Below are positions 1-13,404 of a stretch of DNA of 64,000 bases, in pieces; positions within the stretch are counted from its first letter, which is position 1; every line of letters begins with the position of its first letter. A model generated the notes under the pieces. It was not told where the DNA came from, searched no databases, and was given only the letters and a program-made list of their open reading frames with translations. Source of the stretch: Lepidodermella squamata (Eukaryota; Animalia; Gastrotricha); NCBI GenBank assembly GCA_047495785.1, contig JBLDXI010000074.1:1-64000 (forward strand), in the 5' to 3' direction. The position numbers and the translations under genes are program-made.

Positions 1-735
1 ACACGAAATTTTCTTATTAACCAGTATGATTTCCTAGTATAAAATTTGGCGTTATATAATAACCATTTTGAGAGCAACGCTGCCGCTGCCTGCCGTTATA
101 TCAGCAGCCGTCAATAATGTGTCGAAAAACAAGAGTCATCTGATGCACTGCACGAGTAGTACAGTTGTTTACAGCTTAATAAAATTACGATATTAAGCTT
201 TTAGCTGTAGTATATGAGGCAGAGTTTTTGGCGGCGGCGCCTTTTAATGACTGCGGCGTGATGGATGATACGAATCTCTCGCTGTTGTTGCGCCTTCGCT
301 TTTCCGATAGTTATCACACCAAACACGTGTGCTAAAAGGTGCGCCCGGGTTGGTTGATGAAAATATTTTTTTACAAACTGCCAACACGCGACATGGAGGC
401 GTGAAATACGTGTTTGTGATTGATATTTACATGGGTGCGTTTTTGGTGCCAACGCACGACCTAAAATATCAATGACATGTTCGAGATGGAAAACCCGGTC
501 AGGCCTTAGCCAACTGTTTTGAAGACGGTATATAAACCGCAACCCAGAGGTTTATGTTGTAATTAATTCAATAAAAATGGGCGTAGAAATTTAATTTACC
601 TATAGGGCTATTTCGCGGAATTTCAGAGTTAAAGTATTTTATGTACCACCTCAACATAATTTTCGGAGGGGTAAATCTTATGACGTGCCAAATTTCAATT
701 AATTCAATACAACCATTTTATTCGGTTATTTAACT

Positions 736-785
736 GGTTAGGGTTAGGGTTATAGTGTTATTAGGTTAGGGCTAGAGGCTTGGGA
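736..785 (+). repeat. Degenerate interstitial telomere-like (TTAGGG) tract
   Basis: ggttagggttagggttatagtgttattaggttagggctagaggcttggg; similar tracts at 4768-4813 (opposite strand) and 8765-8851. Confidence 0.6.
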
Positions 786-2121
786 ATTGGGGAATTGGAA
801 CTGATTGGAATAATTTGGTAATGAATTCACCAGTCCTCCGATTTTTTTTCGTGACTAGAAAGTGTCTGCCACTGGAATGAAATTCCGAAAAAGTGTACCG
901 AATTTGGAATAAATTGTGATTTTTTCGATTTTTTCGCTATGTTGCTGTCCATTGGTTGGAAGTTCGCGAAACTAGTTAATACGCGATTAAAATAGCACTG
1001 ATATAATTCCCCGAAGCTAAAAGCCTACAGTATTCGATGCTGTACTAGGGAGTAAGGTCTTTTATATTGCTAAAAAGGAAACAAAAAATAACATAACGAA
1101 ATAGAATGCAAGCGAAGCGAACTCATTTTTTGGCGATTCGCCTCTGAAAATGCGAAAAATGAGCATCTCGAAGCTGGTTTTTGTCTAAATAGGAAGGAAT
1201 TTTAGGTCTCCTTCTAACTTCCTTGCGGACAGATTCCAGATCATTGAAAATTGGCCCTCCGAATGAGACTGGGAACTGTTGGCTTAAGGTAATAGAAAAC
1301 AATAGGATAATGGATATTTGCGAGCGAAGCGAGCGAAGCGAGCAACATTTTCGGTTTAAAAGCACAAAAATTGCGTATTTTTAACTCAAAAAATCTCTAA
1401 ACCTGGCCGGTTTTGCAAGGTCTTAAAAGTGTACGCCGATTAACTATACCCCCTGCCCCTTTACTCAACGATTTCAATAAGGAACATTTGTTTGTGTCTG
1501 CCTCTGAGCGTGGTCCAGTGGGCAAAAATCGGAACACTGGAATTCACTATACCTATCCCTTTTCGGAGCCGCCGTCATTTTCCTATATTAAATAAATAAA
1601 ATCCATGCACAAAAACGGAGGAGTTAAGATTGGGGTTTCATGCTAGGAATACGAAGAACTTCACGCAAACTCTGACGGTGCCTAGGTCGACCCGTCAAAC
1701 TATGGGCGGCATCTTCAAAATCGAGGCTGGAAAGTTTCACTCTATAACGCGCATATCGGCGCGAAAAATAGTGCGATGCCTACTAAACAAAATCGAAAAA
1801 CGTATTTTTGAATCTTTGAAAATCTCGCAACATCGAAACTTCCAAAAACGAATGTCACCGATGCTATAAGAGTGGTAATCGACCAGCCCGTCTTAATGGC
1901 GTTATCCGTTTCTGCTAGGATTCGCCACTTGTTGCGCCACAGGTATAAATAGCCCTGCTTCGCATTTTTCAAGCGAATAAATGTTGTGCGGGCGCCTCCG
2001 GTTCGATTCTCTGCGGCCACCACATTTTCAATGCTCTGAAATTTGAATTCTTATTTTTTCTATAATCATTTCGGAGCCTGATGAGCTAATGTGCAAATTT
2101 TCAGCTCATTTGTTAATTGGC

Positions 2122-3150
2122 TTAAGATGATATTATTTCTTTATTATTATTTCTAGCAGCTAGTTGGCAATAAAATAATAATAGCTTTATCGTCACATCA
2201 CAGAAGCAGGTTATCAGAACCATGTCAGCCAATCGTAGATATTTTCTGCGGACTTCCTCCTCGGCCTTCCTGGACAATCCTAGATCGGGATTGGTGGTAA
2301 TATATGTCACCGGAATCACTGGTATCAATGTCACTCCAGAAATTCGCTCAAATCGATTGCTTGACCAACAAACTGGTTGTAGGCCTTCCCTAAAACATCG
2401 CTCAAACGTAATATATCAAATACTGTTACGTAAACGTTTTTCTGCGCTGTTGAAAAACGGGAAAGGAATTAATAAATCGACTAGCGGCTCCGTAAAAATG
2501 TTATCTTTTTCAATCACGGATGAGTCTTCATCATCCTTTCCGAATGTTAAGTGCAAAGAGATCGTTCAACGTCGTGCTTGAAGGCTCCTCTGACGTCGTA
2601 AAAATATTATCAACGAGCTTGAAGGCATCATCGATCACTTTGATTTGTTTGGCGAATGCTTCGTCGCCCCCACTTAACTTACAGAGCACGGCCACAAAAC
2701 TCTGAAATTTCGATGAATTTCAGATAGAAAAGCACCGGTGCGTGAGTTTCTCCTTGAGGAGTTTTACATAATCAAAACGGTAATTAAAAACAGTTTGAAA
2801 AATCATGCAGCAATTTATTTTCAGAAGTTTCGAGACACAATCACCCATCACTATCAACGTCAGGCAACAATTGGAGAGGCATTCGAGATCATCGCGTTGA
2901 GTGAATATTTCTGTCAAATAACTTCAAGTCTGGCGTGTATTGATGTCCATTAGTCAGAGAAAATGTTTTCTGCAGATGGTCATTCTTTGAAAATTGTTGA
3001 TCTTCGAAGAACAATCGTTGGTAGATTTCTGATACAGGCGTAGTTCACTGGAGTAATTCGGAGTTAACTGCTCAACACGCGTAGCCCTTCACCAAGCAGC
3101 ATATTTCGATTCCATAGGCCTCATCTTGAAATTCTTAAAAGCACAAGCGC
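2122..3150 (-). pseudogene. Decayed coding-like sequence of unknown family
   Basis: Minus-strand protein-like runs broken by stops and frameshifts (LTEIFTQRDDLECLSNCC..., QSFVAVLCKLSGGDEAFAKQIKVIDDAFKLVDNIF..., VTVFDILRLSDVLGKAYNQFVGQAIDLSEFLE); no recognised motif. Confidence 0.25.
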
Positions 3151-4767
3151 GTAAAATCGAGCACATTATCTATGGAAACATGAACAGAAATCAAGGAAAT
3201 CAACCAAAAAATGTTCATAAGCCATAATAAATTAATAAAAAAATGAAGATTTGATGACGGATTGATCTATCAATAAGCTCGTGGCAAACACATTCACTCA
3301 AGGCAAACATTGCCCATTTTCCACTCGGAGTTTCAAAAAACAGTGCCGTTTAAATTGCTTGTTTTGTTCTCAGTGAAATTATCAGCTAATTGCGGAGCAT
3401 GCCGGGGATAATTATGATCCCCTATTCGGAACGACGAAACTTGGGGCGCGAAAATAGGAGTCTCGGAGGCACACAACACACGAGTTTCCGCTATGGCGCG
3501 TTCTAAATCTGTAGCGGCTTCCTTAATAGCGTTTCTGGCCAACTTTCACCCATGCAAAACAGGACGAAAGGCCATACAGAGTATCAATTTTTTCAGGCGT
3601 AGGTACGCAAAAGGAGGCAACACCGGCCACGACTGATTTTCCAATATTTTATTTACCGAAAATTTGCCGTGGCCATAAATGGCAGTAGCTCACTCTCTAT
3701 TCAACCATATAAATGTTGAAGCTGTGTCATGCAAATTTCCTCAAAAATCAGGGCTTTAAAAACTGTGAGACCCTGCCTTGCAATTTGCCCCATCTCGGAT
3801 TCCAGAATGGTACTAATGGTATCAATGCAGAATTTTGTGAGCTTTCTTTATGATACGCGTAGTATCAACACTGCAGGGAACATTTGATTTGGTTTGAATA
3901 ATTTGATTCGTTTCGGTCATCAGATTTGATTCAAATAAGAAACCGAATCGTTCAATTTGATTGAAAATGATAAATTTAGAGGCTCGATGACTTATAGGTG
4001 AATTTAAATCAAGTTTATTAACACCCACTGCATCAGATTCACATTTAGGGTTGACGCGCTATTTGGCAAATAGATTCCCAGATCTCCGCACTATTGCGTG
4101 TCCTGTATTATGCCTTTCGTCGGATTCGCTGCAATAGCGCTCTTTCATCCATAACCGGAGCAGATGGGAGATGGGGGTGCCGAAGAAAGCGCAATGCAGA
4201 GTTAAATCTCTCGAAAAAACTCGTTTTGACGATTTCAGCAGTTTTTTCAGATGTTAGTCACGGAGAATCTTGGGATTTTCGGAAGATCTGATTGAGAGCG
4301 ATACGTTATTCGAGCACAAAAGCAGAGCTAGGATGATGGGCTTGCTGTGGAGTTTCGGCACCATCAGAGCTGCTGACATAAATGATTGGACGATGGTTTA
4401 TTCTTACGAGGACGAGTGCTTAAGAAAAGGCGACATTCCCATGCTAACTCATTTCTTGAATGAGTCGCTTTCTGCCTATCATCGATCAGTACCGTTCACC
4501 AGTTTAAGAAGAGCGGCAGTATGGAATGGGCAATGCTATTTCAAAAGATCTCCAATAGCCACTTACTACGCGGAATTTTCAACTCATTTAGATATTAGAT
4601 TGAGTAACGGTAGCTAGGTGGGCGAGCGTCTGCATACTTAACCTATTTGAGATAACAGCCGGCGAGACTATTATAATTTATAATTATCGAGACTGGAGGA
4701 ATACTTTGCCCTCTTGGTCAGGATAAACTTGGTACTCCTGTACTAGTGGTACGAATCCACTTTCAGA

Positions 4768-4813
4768 AAACCCCAAACCTAACCCTAACCCTTTCCCGAA
4801 CCCTAGCCCTAAC
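4768..4813 (-). repeat. Degenerate (CCCTAA)n tract
   Basis: aaaccccaaacctaaccctaaccctttcccgaaccctagccctaac. Confidence 0.55.
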
Positions 4814-7729
4814 ACAACAACAATAGTTAAGCATACCAAAAACTCAACAAGTACCCATAGTGCAATAGTGCAAAAGTGGGATGGCTGGGGACAATAAAAA
4901 ATCACATCGAAGTGAGACAGACCCTAGCAGTGATATCCAAATCCATTTTCCAATCCAAAAAAATCGCTCAAAAAGCTCAAACGCGGTCCTTGCCATGGAA
5001 ACAATTTATTTAATTTAAAAACATGTTTAACAATAAAAACAAATCAGTCAAACAATTAAAATAAAATAACGTCAGTAATGAATATTTAAAGCGTCCTTAG
5101 GTACGATGTTGGCGTCCATCGACGTGAGACGTTGTATCGTCTCTACTTTCTGTTCATTTACTATTCTCTACTCATACTCACACACTCTTCACTCTTTCTA
5201 TGCTTATCTTTTTGCGAAGAATCTTTTTGTGTGAAGAGAAATGCTATTGTGCTATTGGAAACCTGATGGGAAACCTGTTTGGAAATTTCGATTAATTAGC
5301 ATCTTGGGTACTCCCTCGTGGAAATGATTGATGATTGATGAATTTGAAGCATGAGAGGGAAGCAAGGATACCAATGAAATCTCGATAAATGATGCAACAG
5401 TCGAACTCAAAATCGGGAAAACATTGCACGCGGTCCTTGTATGACAAAACTGGAACAATATTTTAATGCTTTTAGCGCGGACGGTCCCGTGTTAATGTGC
5501 CAGGAAAACATTCTCACAATTCTTCGGTGGCTTTATGACTTGCTTGCAGGTAAGAATAGATTAGAAAAAATACAGTAGACAATGGCTGCGAATTTTTATC
5601 GTCATTGTGTTATGCTCCTTGAAAGTTTGGTTGTAGTCCGTTTATAATGTAAAGCTGTTGCTTTAGATATTTCATTGGAAAGATCCTGGAACACTCGTTA
5701 TTCCTACGTAGGTTTTCGCCTATTTAATGTTCAATTCATGAAATTCTCCGTGATTTTCTGTATAAGACCTGGTCCTTACTTCCAGAACTCGTCGCCGTCG
5801 TGATCTAAATGAATTGCCTTACTGCCCGGAAAAAAACCACGCTCAACCCATAAATATTAATAGAGACTGAAATTTAAGCCTAAGTGACCAAAATAGCATA
5901 TATTTCTTGATGATTTACCGGATTTACGGCTAAATAATTGGTTTCTGAGCTCGCTAAGTGCCTCAAATAAGAGCCATTTCCAAACGAAGTCTAATCCCTG
6001 ACTTTGAGGCTGACTATGAGGCGTTAATTTGAGGCTGAAAGTTTTTTCGGGCAGTACGAAATTTGAAAAATGGTACTTTTTGAGTTAGATGGTGAGCGCT
6101 GCAAAAAGATAAGTTAACGTCGCTAATGATGAGTGAGTATAGAGTGTAGCAAACTTTGCATGCGATTATGCTACAACACACTGGATATTGTGACTTTGAC
6201 TCATGTTTTGCGTGTTGATATTTCCGGTTCATTTTAAAGTGACATTATAAGGACTCGCTATTGAGGTGCACTCGTAGTCCGGTTTTTGGCTCACGAGAAG
6301 TGCACCAGGTTTGATGATTATTTGACTTTGTTCAATGGTTTGAATTGGCACACGTGCGCTTAGAGCGCGTGGTTTAGCACATGCCTTTTCTCGATAATTC
6401 AGGCTCGTGCTGTATCATACCTGTTGCGCAATTCAAATAACCGTAGCATGTTTAGCCCATCAAAATGTTCGCTTTTGACAGAATTCATTTAATTTAATTT
6501 GGTCGCTACTTTTCAAAGGATAACTCATAAATTTTCCAATAATTTTCAACATATTGAATAATTTTCTAATTTTTTCTTCTAATTTTCCTTGCCTAAGTAA
6601 TTTGACCTATGATGCTCCTTTGCACCCTTGTTACACCCTATTCTCAGGGTTGCATCCTCTTGGTAGTATGGATTACACCCTTTATTAAAAAATAAACATT
6701 TCAAATATCGAATACCAAAAGGTCCCGTTGGGCTCAGCTACCTCAAAATCTCGCAGCCTACCCATGGAAGTTAAACAAAAATTGTAGTATTAACCGCACT
6801 GTCATTAATTCCGCATCCACATTTTACAAGATTTTTCAAAATAGCAATCCTTGCAAATTGCCGCGGCCTTGATACTAAGGACCGAGACTTACGGACGAAC
6901 TTTCCTTTTCTCTTTTCTCTTCCCCTTTTTGCTCTTCCCCCACCTAAATAATATCAAAACTAATAAAGTCATATGAAAATGTTAATTTCATGATTTAGCA
7001 AGACCAATTCAGACCAATCGGTGAAATTTTTCATGTCATGCAACTGATGCAACCAAGTAGTCGGTGATTATTCTGTAAATTTGCAAGAGCTCATTTCCGT
7101 CTCGCCATAACTTATTCGACCATCAATTTTACTTGCACACCACCGTACTAGCAGTTATTTTGGACAAATACATGGTTTTCAGCTCTAGAAAATCGGGAAA
7201 TTTTTTATAAAGATGTGGCAATTTCAGGGTATGACCCAATTCCCATGTCTGCAAAATGTTCAAAATGCAATGCAATGTAACGGGATCATCATAGCCAAAG
7301 TGGGACCCTCTTAACCACCCGCCGTCTCAATCGGGGCCAGAACCTGCCACCTTAAAAATCAACTCCACCCGCTATCTTTAGCTCGACGCATTTATCAGGT
7401 CCAAAATTACCCCTCGTGAAATTTGAGCTCACCTGTAAAAAACTAGCTACGTCAAATGTCTAATTTTTTAAAGTCGACAGTTCATGGTGTCAGCTACTGC
7501 CGTTAAATGTTTCAGAGCAATCGGCTTTCAGGTTGACCGGGATTAAGGGGGTCCCAAATTGACTTTTTGAGACATCCCACTTTTTATTTATGATAAATCA
7601 GGCAACTATCTGAATACCTTTAATTTGGTACCGTTGGAAAGCCCGTCTTTCAAGGCTTCTTGAGATTTTAATGGTCATTTTTTTCTAAATTTTTGATTGA
7701 ACACTTACGCGTAGAAGTTTTTCTGAATC

Positions 7730-10700
7730 ATGTCTGCTGACGCTACTGCTGCTGGAGCTGCTGCTGCTGGTCTGCTGCTGCTTCCCGAAAACGCTCTAAA
7801 CCAGTTGGGAAAAGCAGAGCTGGTACAACTCTGCCTCCAGTTCCAGCAGGTGATCAAGCTCATAGCGAACGAGAAGAATGCTCAGCTCGCGGCAAAAGAC
7901 GAGGAGATACAGAAGCTGCTACAAATCGCAGCCTCGCTGTCCGCCGCAAAACCTGCCGATGCCACTCGAGAGCGACCCAGCCCTGTAAGATTTTGATTTT
8001 TATCATACCGCCATGCCTTGACAGATGCATATTTCCAAAATTCCACTCAGGTTTACAAACGAAAATTTGGTGGTGACTAAAAGTAATAATTAGTGTTGTC
8101 CGTCTTTGCATGTTTTTTGTTACATCTTACATGCGTTCTAAACGCAGCACCTATGCTTGCACTAATTTTTTGTTTTTATCCGCTTGACGTGATTTATCCT
8201 TCTAGCGATATACCCTAACATAGTTACTATACTAACCTGATATAGGGTCGTATATCACATTAAGCAAAATAACGCCTGCTTACGCGTTGTCAAGCGTTAA
8301 ACCCAGACTATACTATCGCCACACAAAAATCAGTCCGGATGTTTGTTACATTTTCGAAAGCATGGCCTGTTTTCTCTTTCAAAGACATTCAAAAATACAA
8401 AACACCATTGCCTTTCTCGTTTCGGAGTTTTTAGGGGGGATTTATTTATCTATGAACACTCCAGAACTCCCCTAGAAATGAGGGGAAGAAATAAGAAAAT
8501 ATTTGAATAACCAGCAAATAAGGAAGGTAATTTTCGAAAATGCTAGGAATAAAAAAAAAATTCTACCAGACACCGTGCGATTTATATTAGAATATATATT
8601 TTACCGTTTATTTAACCTTCCTCTTCGTGCTTCTGGCGTTTGGTAGCGATTGGCATAATTTGAAAAATTCGACCTTTCTTTATCCATATTATGTACGAAA
8701 TTTTAATATTTTCTCTTACTTTTTATAATGTTGTGTTTTTTTAGCAAAACTATGGTTAATAATTGGGGTTGGGGGTTAGGGCTAGTTGGCAAGGTTCGGA
8801 CTCTGGTTAGGGTTAGGCTTAGGGTTAGGGATAGGTCGAGTTTGGGGTTATTATTAAGTTCGATTTAATTATTTATCTATACCTTGCATTTTGCCGGTAA
8901 CCATTTTCAAGCGGAAAATTGACTACGTCATTGGCTAATGACTGCAGTTTTGCTTAACCCTTTCATGGCCGACTGTTTTTTCAGCCAGCCAAAAAAATCG
9001 AATTATTAAATTTTTAGGAAAATGTTTTTAGGCATTTTTAGGCATTTTTAGGCAAAGAACCTAGTCGGAAAATCGGCAACCGTATGCCAAACTAGGCACT
9101 TGGGCGAATAGTTCACCTCAGGTTCTGATTTCACTGAAAATTTCAATCACCATAGAATTTTGAATATAGATTCATCCAGATGAATTCATAGGATTCGTCA
9201 GCCAGGTTCCCGTTTTGCCATTTTTAGATGAAAGGTCATAAAAACGGAATACGTAGTCAATGAGACCCTGCCGGACACAGGTGTTAAGTCAGATCTAGCA
9301 GAAAAAATTCTGAGATGTCGATTTCTTCGATTGAAAAATGAAAAATAAAAAATCGCCCCTCGGTTTGAAATTTTGAAATTGCTCGCTTTCCGAGAAGCAC
9401 AGGAGTACTGAAATTCGGGTTTCCGATTCTTGTGGGTAACATCCAAAAGCAGTATTTTACAAAAGGAGACACGAAAATACGAAAAACATAGAGAACGTAG
9501 TGATCAGAGTGTGCACTCACGCTTTTTTCTTGAAACAAAAACTTCTTTTTGTGCGCGCGCATCTTTTTTGAAAACATGCATGTTTTACATAGTAATTTCT
9601 TGTTTTTCAACATTTTCCCGCGGAAATCGGTCGTCTATTATTTGCTGTCAAGTGGCACCTTCCGAATAATTCAAACCTGCTCTTTCACGTGGTAATGGCC
9701 GCTTGTTGCCGAAAATGACCTATCATGGCAATATTCCAGTGGATATCGAATCGTCCCCTATGAGGTCGCCCTCACTAACTTTTTTTTTTATTTACCGAAT
9801 ATTTTTAGCTATAATCAAAGATTAAGGCCTAGGGAGTTCATCTGCAGTTTAAAAAAAGTTGATGTCGGTGTTTTCGGGGAAACATCTGGCCGGAAGGCTA
9901 TTCCATCTTGTGAAGATCTCATTGAGTCGTTGTAGTGGCTCAATCTCCGTACCTGGTTTTCGTCGAACAACACTTTGCCACGGTGTAGACAGACGCACCT
10001 GATATTTGTGACGGGCAATCGAACCACGAAGCGTTCGCGTGTCCCTACTTGGTTCAAAGCTTAGCTATTAGCAGTTACTAGGAACTAACCATGTCCCGGT
10101 TTGGATACTGTAAGATTCTTCATGAAACAAGCTTTCGGCAGATATATATAAAACTCCTAATTTTGATCACGCTATGCGTGCAAAATGAGTCTTAAACTTC
10201 AGTGCATTTTATTCTAATTTTTCGGAGCAATTTAAAATTTAGATTTGAAAAGTTGAATTTTTCTTCAGCGATTTTTCAGTTTTTCATACAAAGCGTGCTG
10301 AGTTCGTTGTTTAGCATTCCTGAACTAATTTTGCATGAGCTTTTCAAATATTTCGGTTACAGACCTATAACTCGCTTCCATTATCGGCAAAAAACGGGGG
10401 AATCTAATGTGGCAACGGAATTTTGAAAAACTCAATTTCTGGCTCCTAAGGAGACGCATGGATAACTTGGCATGCTGTTTTGAGCTTTTAGCCAGATTCC
10501 TCACCTTCAAATACCCTAATGATGAGCTACAACTGAGTGCATGAGGTTAACATTGGTGTGTGCAGTGAAGCAAATTACGAATGTTTGCCAATAATTTAGA
10601 TTTTTGATAGCGCATTTCGAAAATCTGCATTTTTTGGTCGTACAATTTGAAGCTGTGTTTCTCAACAACCGTGATAGCTACGAACGCCGTTCAGATATCG

Positions 10701-11605
10701 ATTTACTCCTTGTGCTTCGACCTTTGCTTTAGTCATGACATTTTACCTGGCTGAAATTTCTGATGACGTGGATAGCTCCTTTTTCGGTGCCACTGGTCAC
10801 TACAGTGTTTGTATTTGTAAGTAAGATACTAAGTGATACAAAAATTTCGGCATGGTGGGATTTTCATGAAAAGATAGAGCAAGAAACAATCTACGTGACG
10901 CATATTATAAGAAAAAAATATAAAATGACCGACGTCAAGTAAAAATCTTCAAAAAAATCAAAATTTGCATGTAAAAGGGCTATCCAAGAAAGTCGAAAAA
11001 ATCGGAAAAAAGAATTAAGGAGGGGTTTTTCATTTATTTTTTGTTTCAATTTCGCATCGTGAGTGCGCAGTCTGATCACTACGTTCCCTATGACGAAAAA
11101 TTAGCCGAGCTGTGAACGTGCAAAGTCAGAATTCCGAAATCGTCCTTATGGCCATGAAAGGGTTAAATAAACCAGCATTCATGATTTCCATGATTCCAGC
11201 TCGACTTTATTAAAAAAAATATGTATGGAAGATTGCACCCTCAAAAATTATTGCGCAATGCCCCATTATTTCTTCTATGATTCGTTTGTCCGAAGAAAAG
11301 TGATGACAACTACTTGGCTTTATTTCAGCATATCGAGAAATTAAAAGTAACCTACCCTGTTTAAAATTATTTTTGGGCACATTTCTAATTATTAAGGCTT
11401 CTTTGTTGTACGTGCGTATTGTTTTAAATTGTGTTACTAGTGGATCTAATTATTTTTAAAGAATTATTTACGACGCAATTTATCGTTTCAGATGGAACGA
11501 GATCGAACGAAACTTCTGGATCACACGATTGTCAACCGCGAGGCGCTGATGAACGTGGCCGCCGAGTCCGAAACGAAAATGAATCTCGAACCGAAACGAA
11601 AATGA
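7730..11605 (+). CDS. Small two-exon coiled-coil protein (~122 aa) of an unrecognised local family; exons 7730-7984 and 11492-11605
   Basis: Exon 1 MSADAT...LPENALNQLGKAELVQLCLQFQQ...QLAAKDEEIQKLL...ERPSP ends at phase-0 donor GTAAGA (7985). Phase-0 acceptor tttcag precedes MERDRTKLLDHTIVNREALMNVAAESETKMNLEPKRK*. Both exons and intron ends have homologous copies at 31.9-35.5 kb. Confidence 0.6.
8765..8851 (+). repeat. Degenerate TTAGGG/TTAGGC tract
   Basis: ggggttgggggttagggctag...ggttagggttaggcttagggttagggatagg. Confidence 0.55.
8958..11162. mobile_element. Non-autonomous piggyBac-like DNA transposon (2205 bp)
   Basis: TTAA on both sides (8954-8957, 11163-11166); perfect 13-bp TIR CCCTTTCATGGCC (8958-8970) / GGCCATGAAAGGG (11150-11162); internal inverted repeat ~9488-9523 vs ~11058-11091; 10-bp tandem ttttaggcat near the left end; no intact transposase ORF. 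Confidence 0.88.
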
Positions 11606-13404
11606 ACGAACTGAAATGAATCTCGCACTTCTCGTCCATCTACCTCCTTCGTCCTACTGATCGTCCATCCTATCCACAGCATCAAAGATCTAGGTCTCCA
11701 TGTTGATGATTCTCTGCGTCCTTCAATCTGTCCTCTGTGTTTCATCTTTAAAATTATTGATTGGCTCTGTAGCTACCACCCTTAAAAATAATATTTTACT
11801 AATTAATCTACTCCATCGACTGCGCGTACATAAGTTCCTGATGGCTCTTACAAAAACGCTACCTCTGTCTGTTTCCACAATTTCTTGCTAAATAGAATTT
11901 TTAATATTTAGAATGAGCTACCTGAAAGTATTTTTGAAATTGATAGCACTCTTTTATATTGTTATGCAAAATGATATTATCTTTAAAAATAATACCTATT
12001 AGAAAGACTGACTTTAAAAATTATCTAACTTCAAGGTTTGAATGTCTGCTGACCCTTTCTGTCCGCGAAACCTTGGTGTCGAAATAGAAATTATTATTGT
12101 TATTATTATTCAGAAATAATGTAGAACCGATCAATGTAGATTTTCCTTTGGTTATCGTTTAGCTCCTATTTGGAATAGTCTTACTGATGAAATCGTTTCC
12201 TTAAGTAATTCTCGAATATTTGAATATAAATTAATGAACACTAATTTATCACAGCATTTACGCTGCTCTTTACTGTAAATTAACTGTACCAATTTAATGT
12301 GAAAGTGTGCTCTATTGACAGCCAATTTCGGATAGTCTTTTTGTTTCAAAAATGAATGCAAAAAAAAATAAATTAAAATGCATCAACAAGTTGTTTCAAA
12401 ATAAATTGCGTCGCAAAATTGCTACTCTGTGTTTGATTCGTGAAAACGCTTTTATTATTTGTCGGAAGCTTATGGCTGCGATGCAGCCGCAAAAGATGAC
12501 GGAAAGGGTGTACCAAGGTTCCAGCGCTAAATTTGCGACACTAGTAACATGCTTCTTTTTCAGCTGAGCTGTCCTACATCCCTTGGATATTAATGCTCAT
12601 AAATAAATAATAGATAAATAACAGATTTCTCAAAACTTCTCGCTTGAATCTCAATTTATTTTGGCATGCCTATAGCCGATGGATCAAATTTCTGCCTGCA
12701 GAGCAGCTATGAATATTCCAAGTATCGATTTTAGAAATCACTTACCTTATTTGTTTCTATCGCAGCCGCGCTGCTAAAATTTCAACCCGAAATTTTGAAA
12801 AATTCGAAAATTAATTTTCGGTATAATTGTTCATTTTTGGTGTTTTCGAACCGACTTGACCCCTCAGCCCTGCGCTATTATTATGGATGGGCGAATATTA
12901 TAGGGTTATCAGCGACTGTGCTACTATTGGAACAAATACGGTACTTATTCTCAACCGTCTTGGAACCCATCAACGTCGATAATAATCTTTCCACATTGCT
13001 TAAGGGGCACCCACCCATGGAGCAAAAAGAAAAATAACTTTTTCTATGAGGTCACCATAATAAATGTTTTTTAAATATTATAGAAAAATCCCAGGTCATG
13101 AGGGGAAATCAACAAGAGGGATAAACAGAAAAGCCTGAAGCGCAAAGAATCAGGAAAATGCAGGTAGTGTCAGAACGCTTAATAATGGCTGGAACCTCAT
13201 CTCTACATACTGGAATTTTGCCAACCTATGTAGCAGAGCCTGTGTTTTATTTTCGACGTTACAATAAGGCCTCATAGTTTTATTCAAAGTTCGAAGATTC
13301 GCAAAAGCGACTTGAATAATTCATTTTTCTAACATCATTTATGCTCATATCACCAAATAAGAGGCATGGACCTGTAAATAGCATTGCTTATTCCACAGCT
13401 TCAT

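Noticed and set aside
201-2023. Short ORFs at the window start
   Set aside because: No motifs or splice-consistent structure; the region looks like non-coding TE remnants (e.g. cgagcgaagcgagcgaagcgag at 1321)
7730-7984. Resemblance of LxxLxKxELV to HEXIM or WTAP coiled-coil starts
   Set aside because: Generic helix-cap motif; no other family features present
9815-10160. Residual transposase inside the piggyBac-like element
   Set aside because: No recognisable DDD or Cys-rich motif in the frames examined
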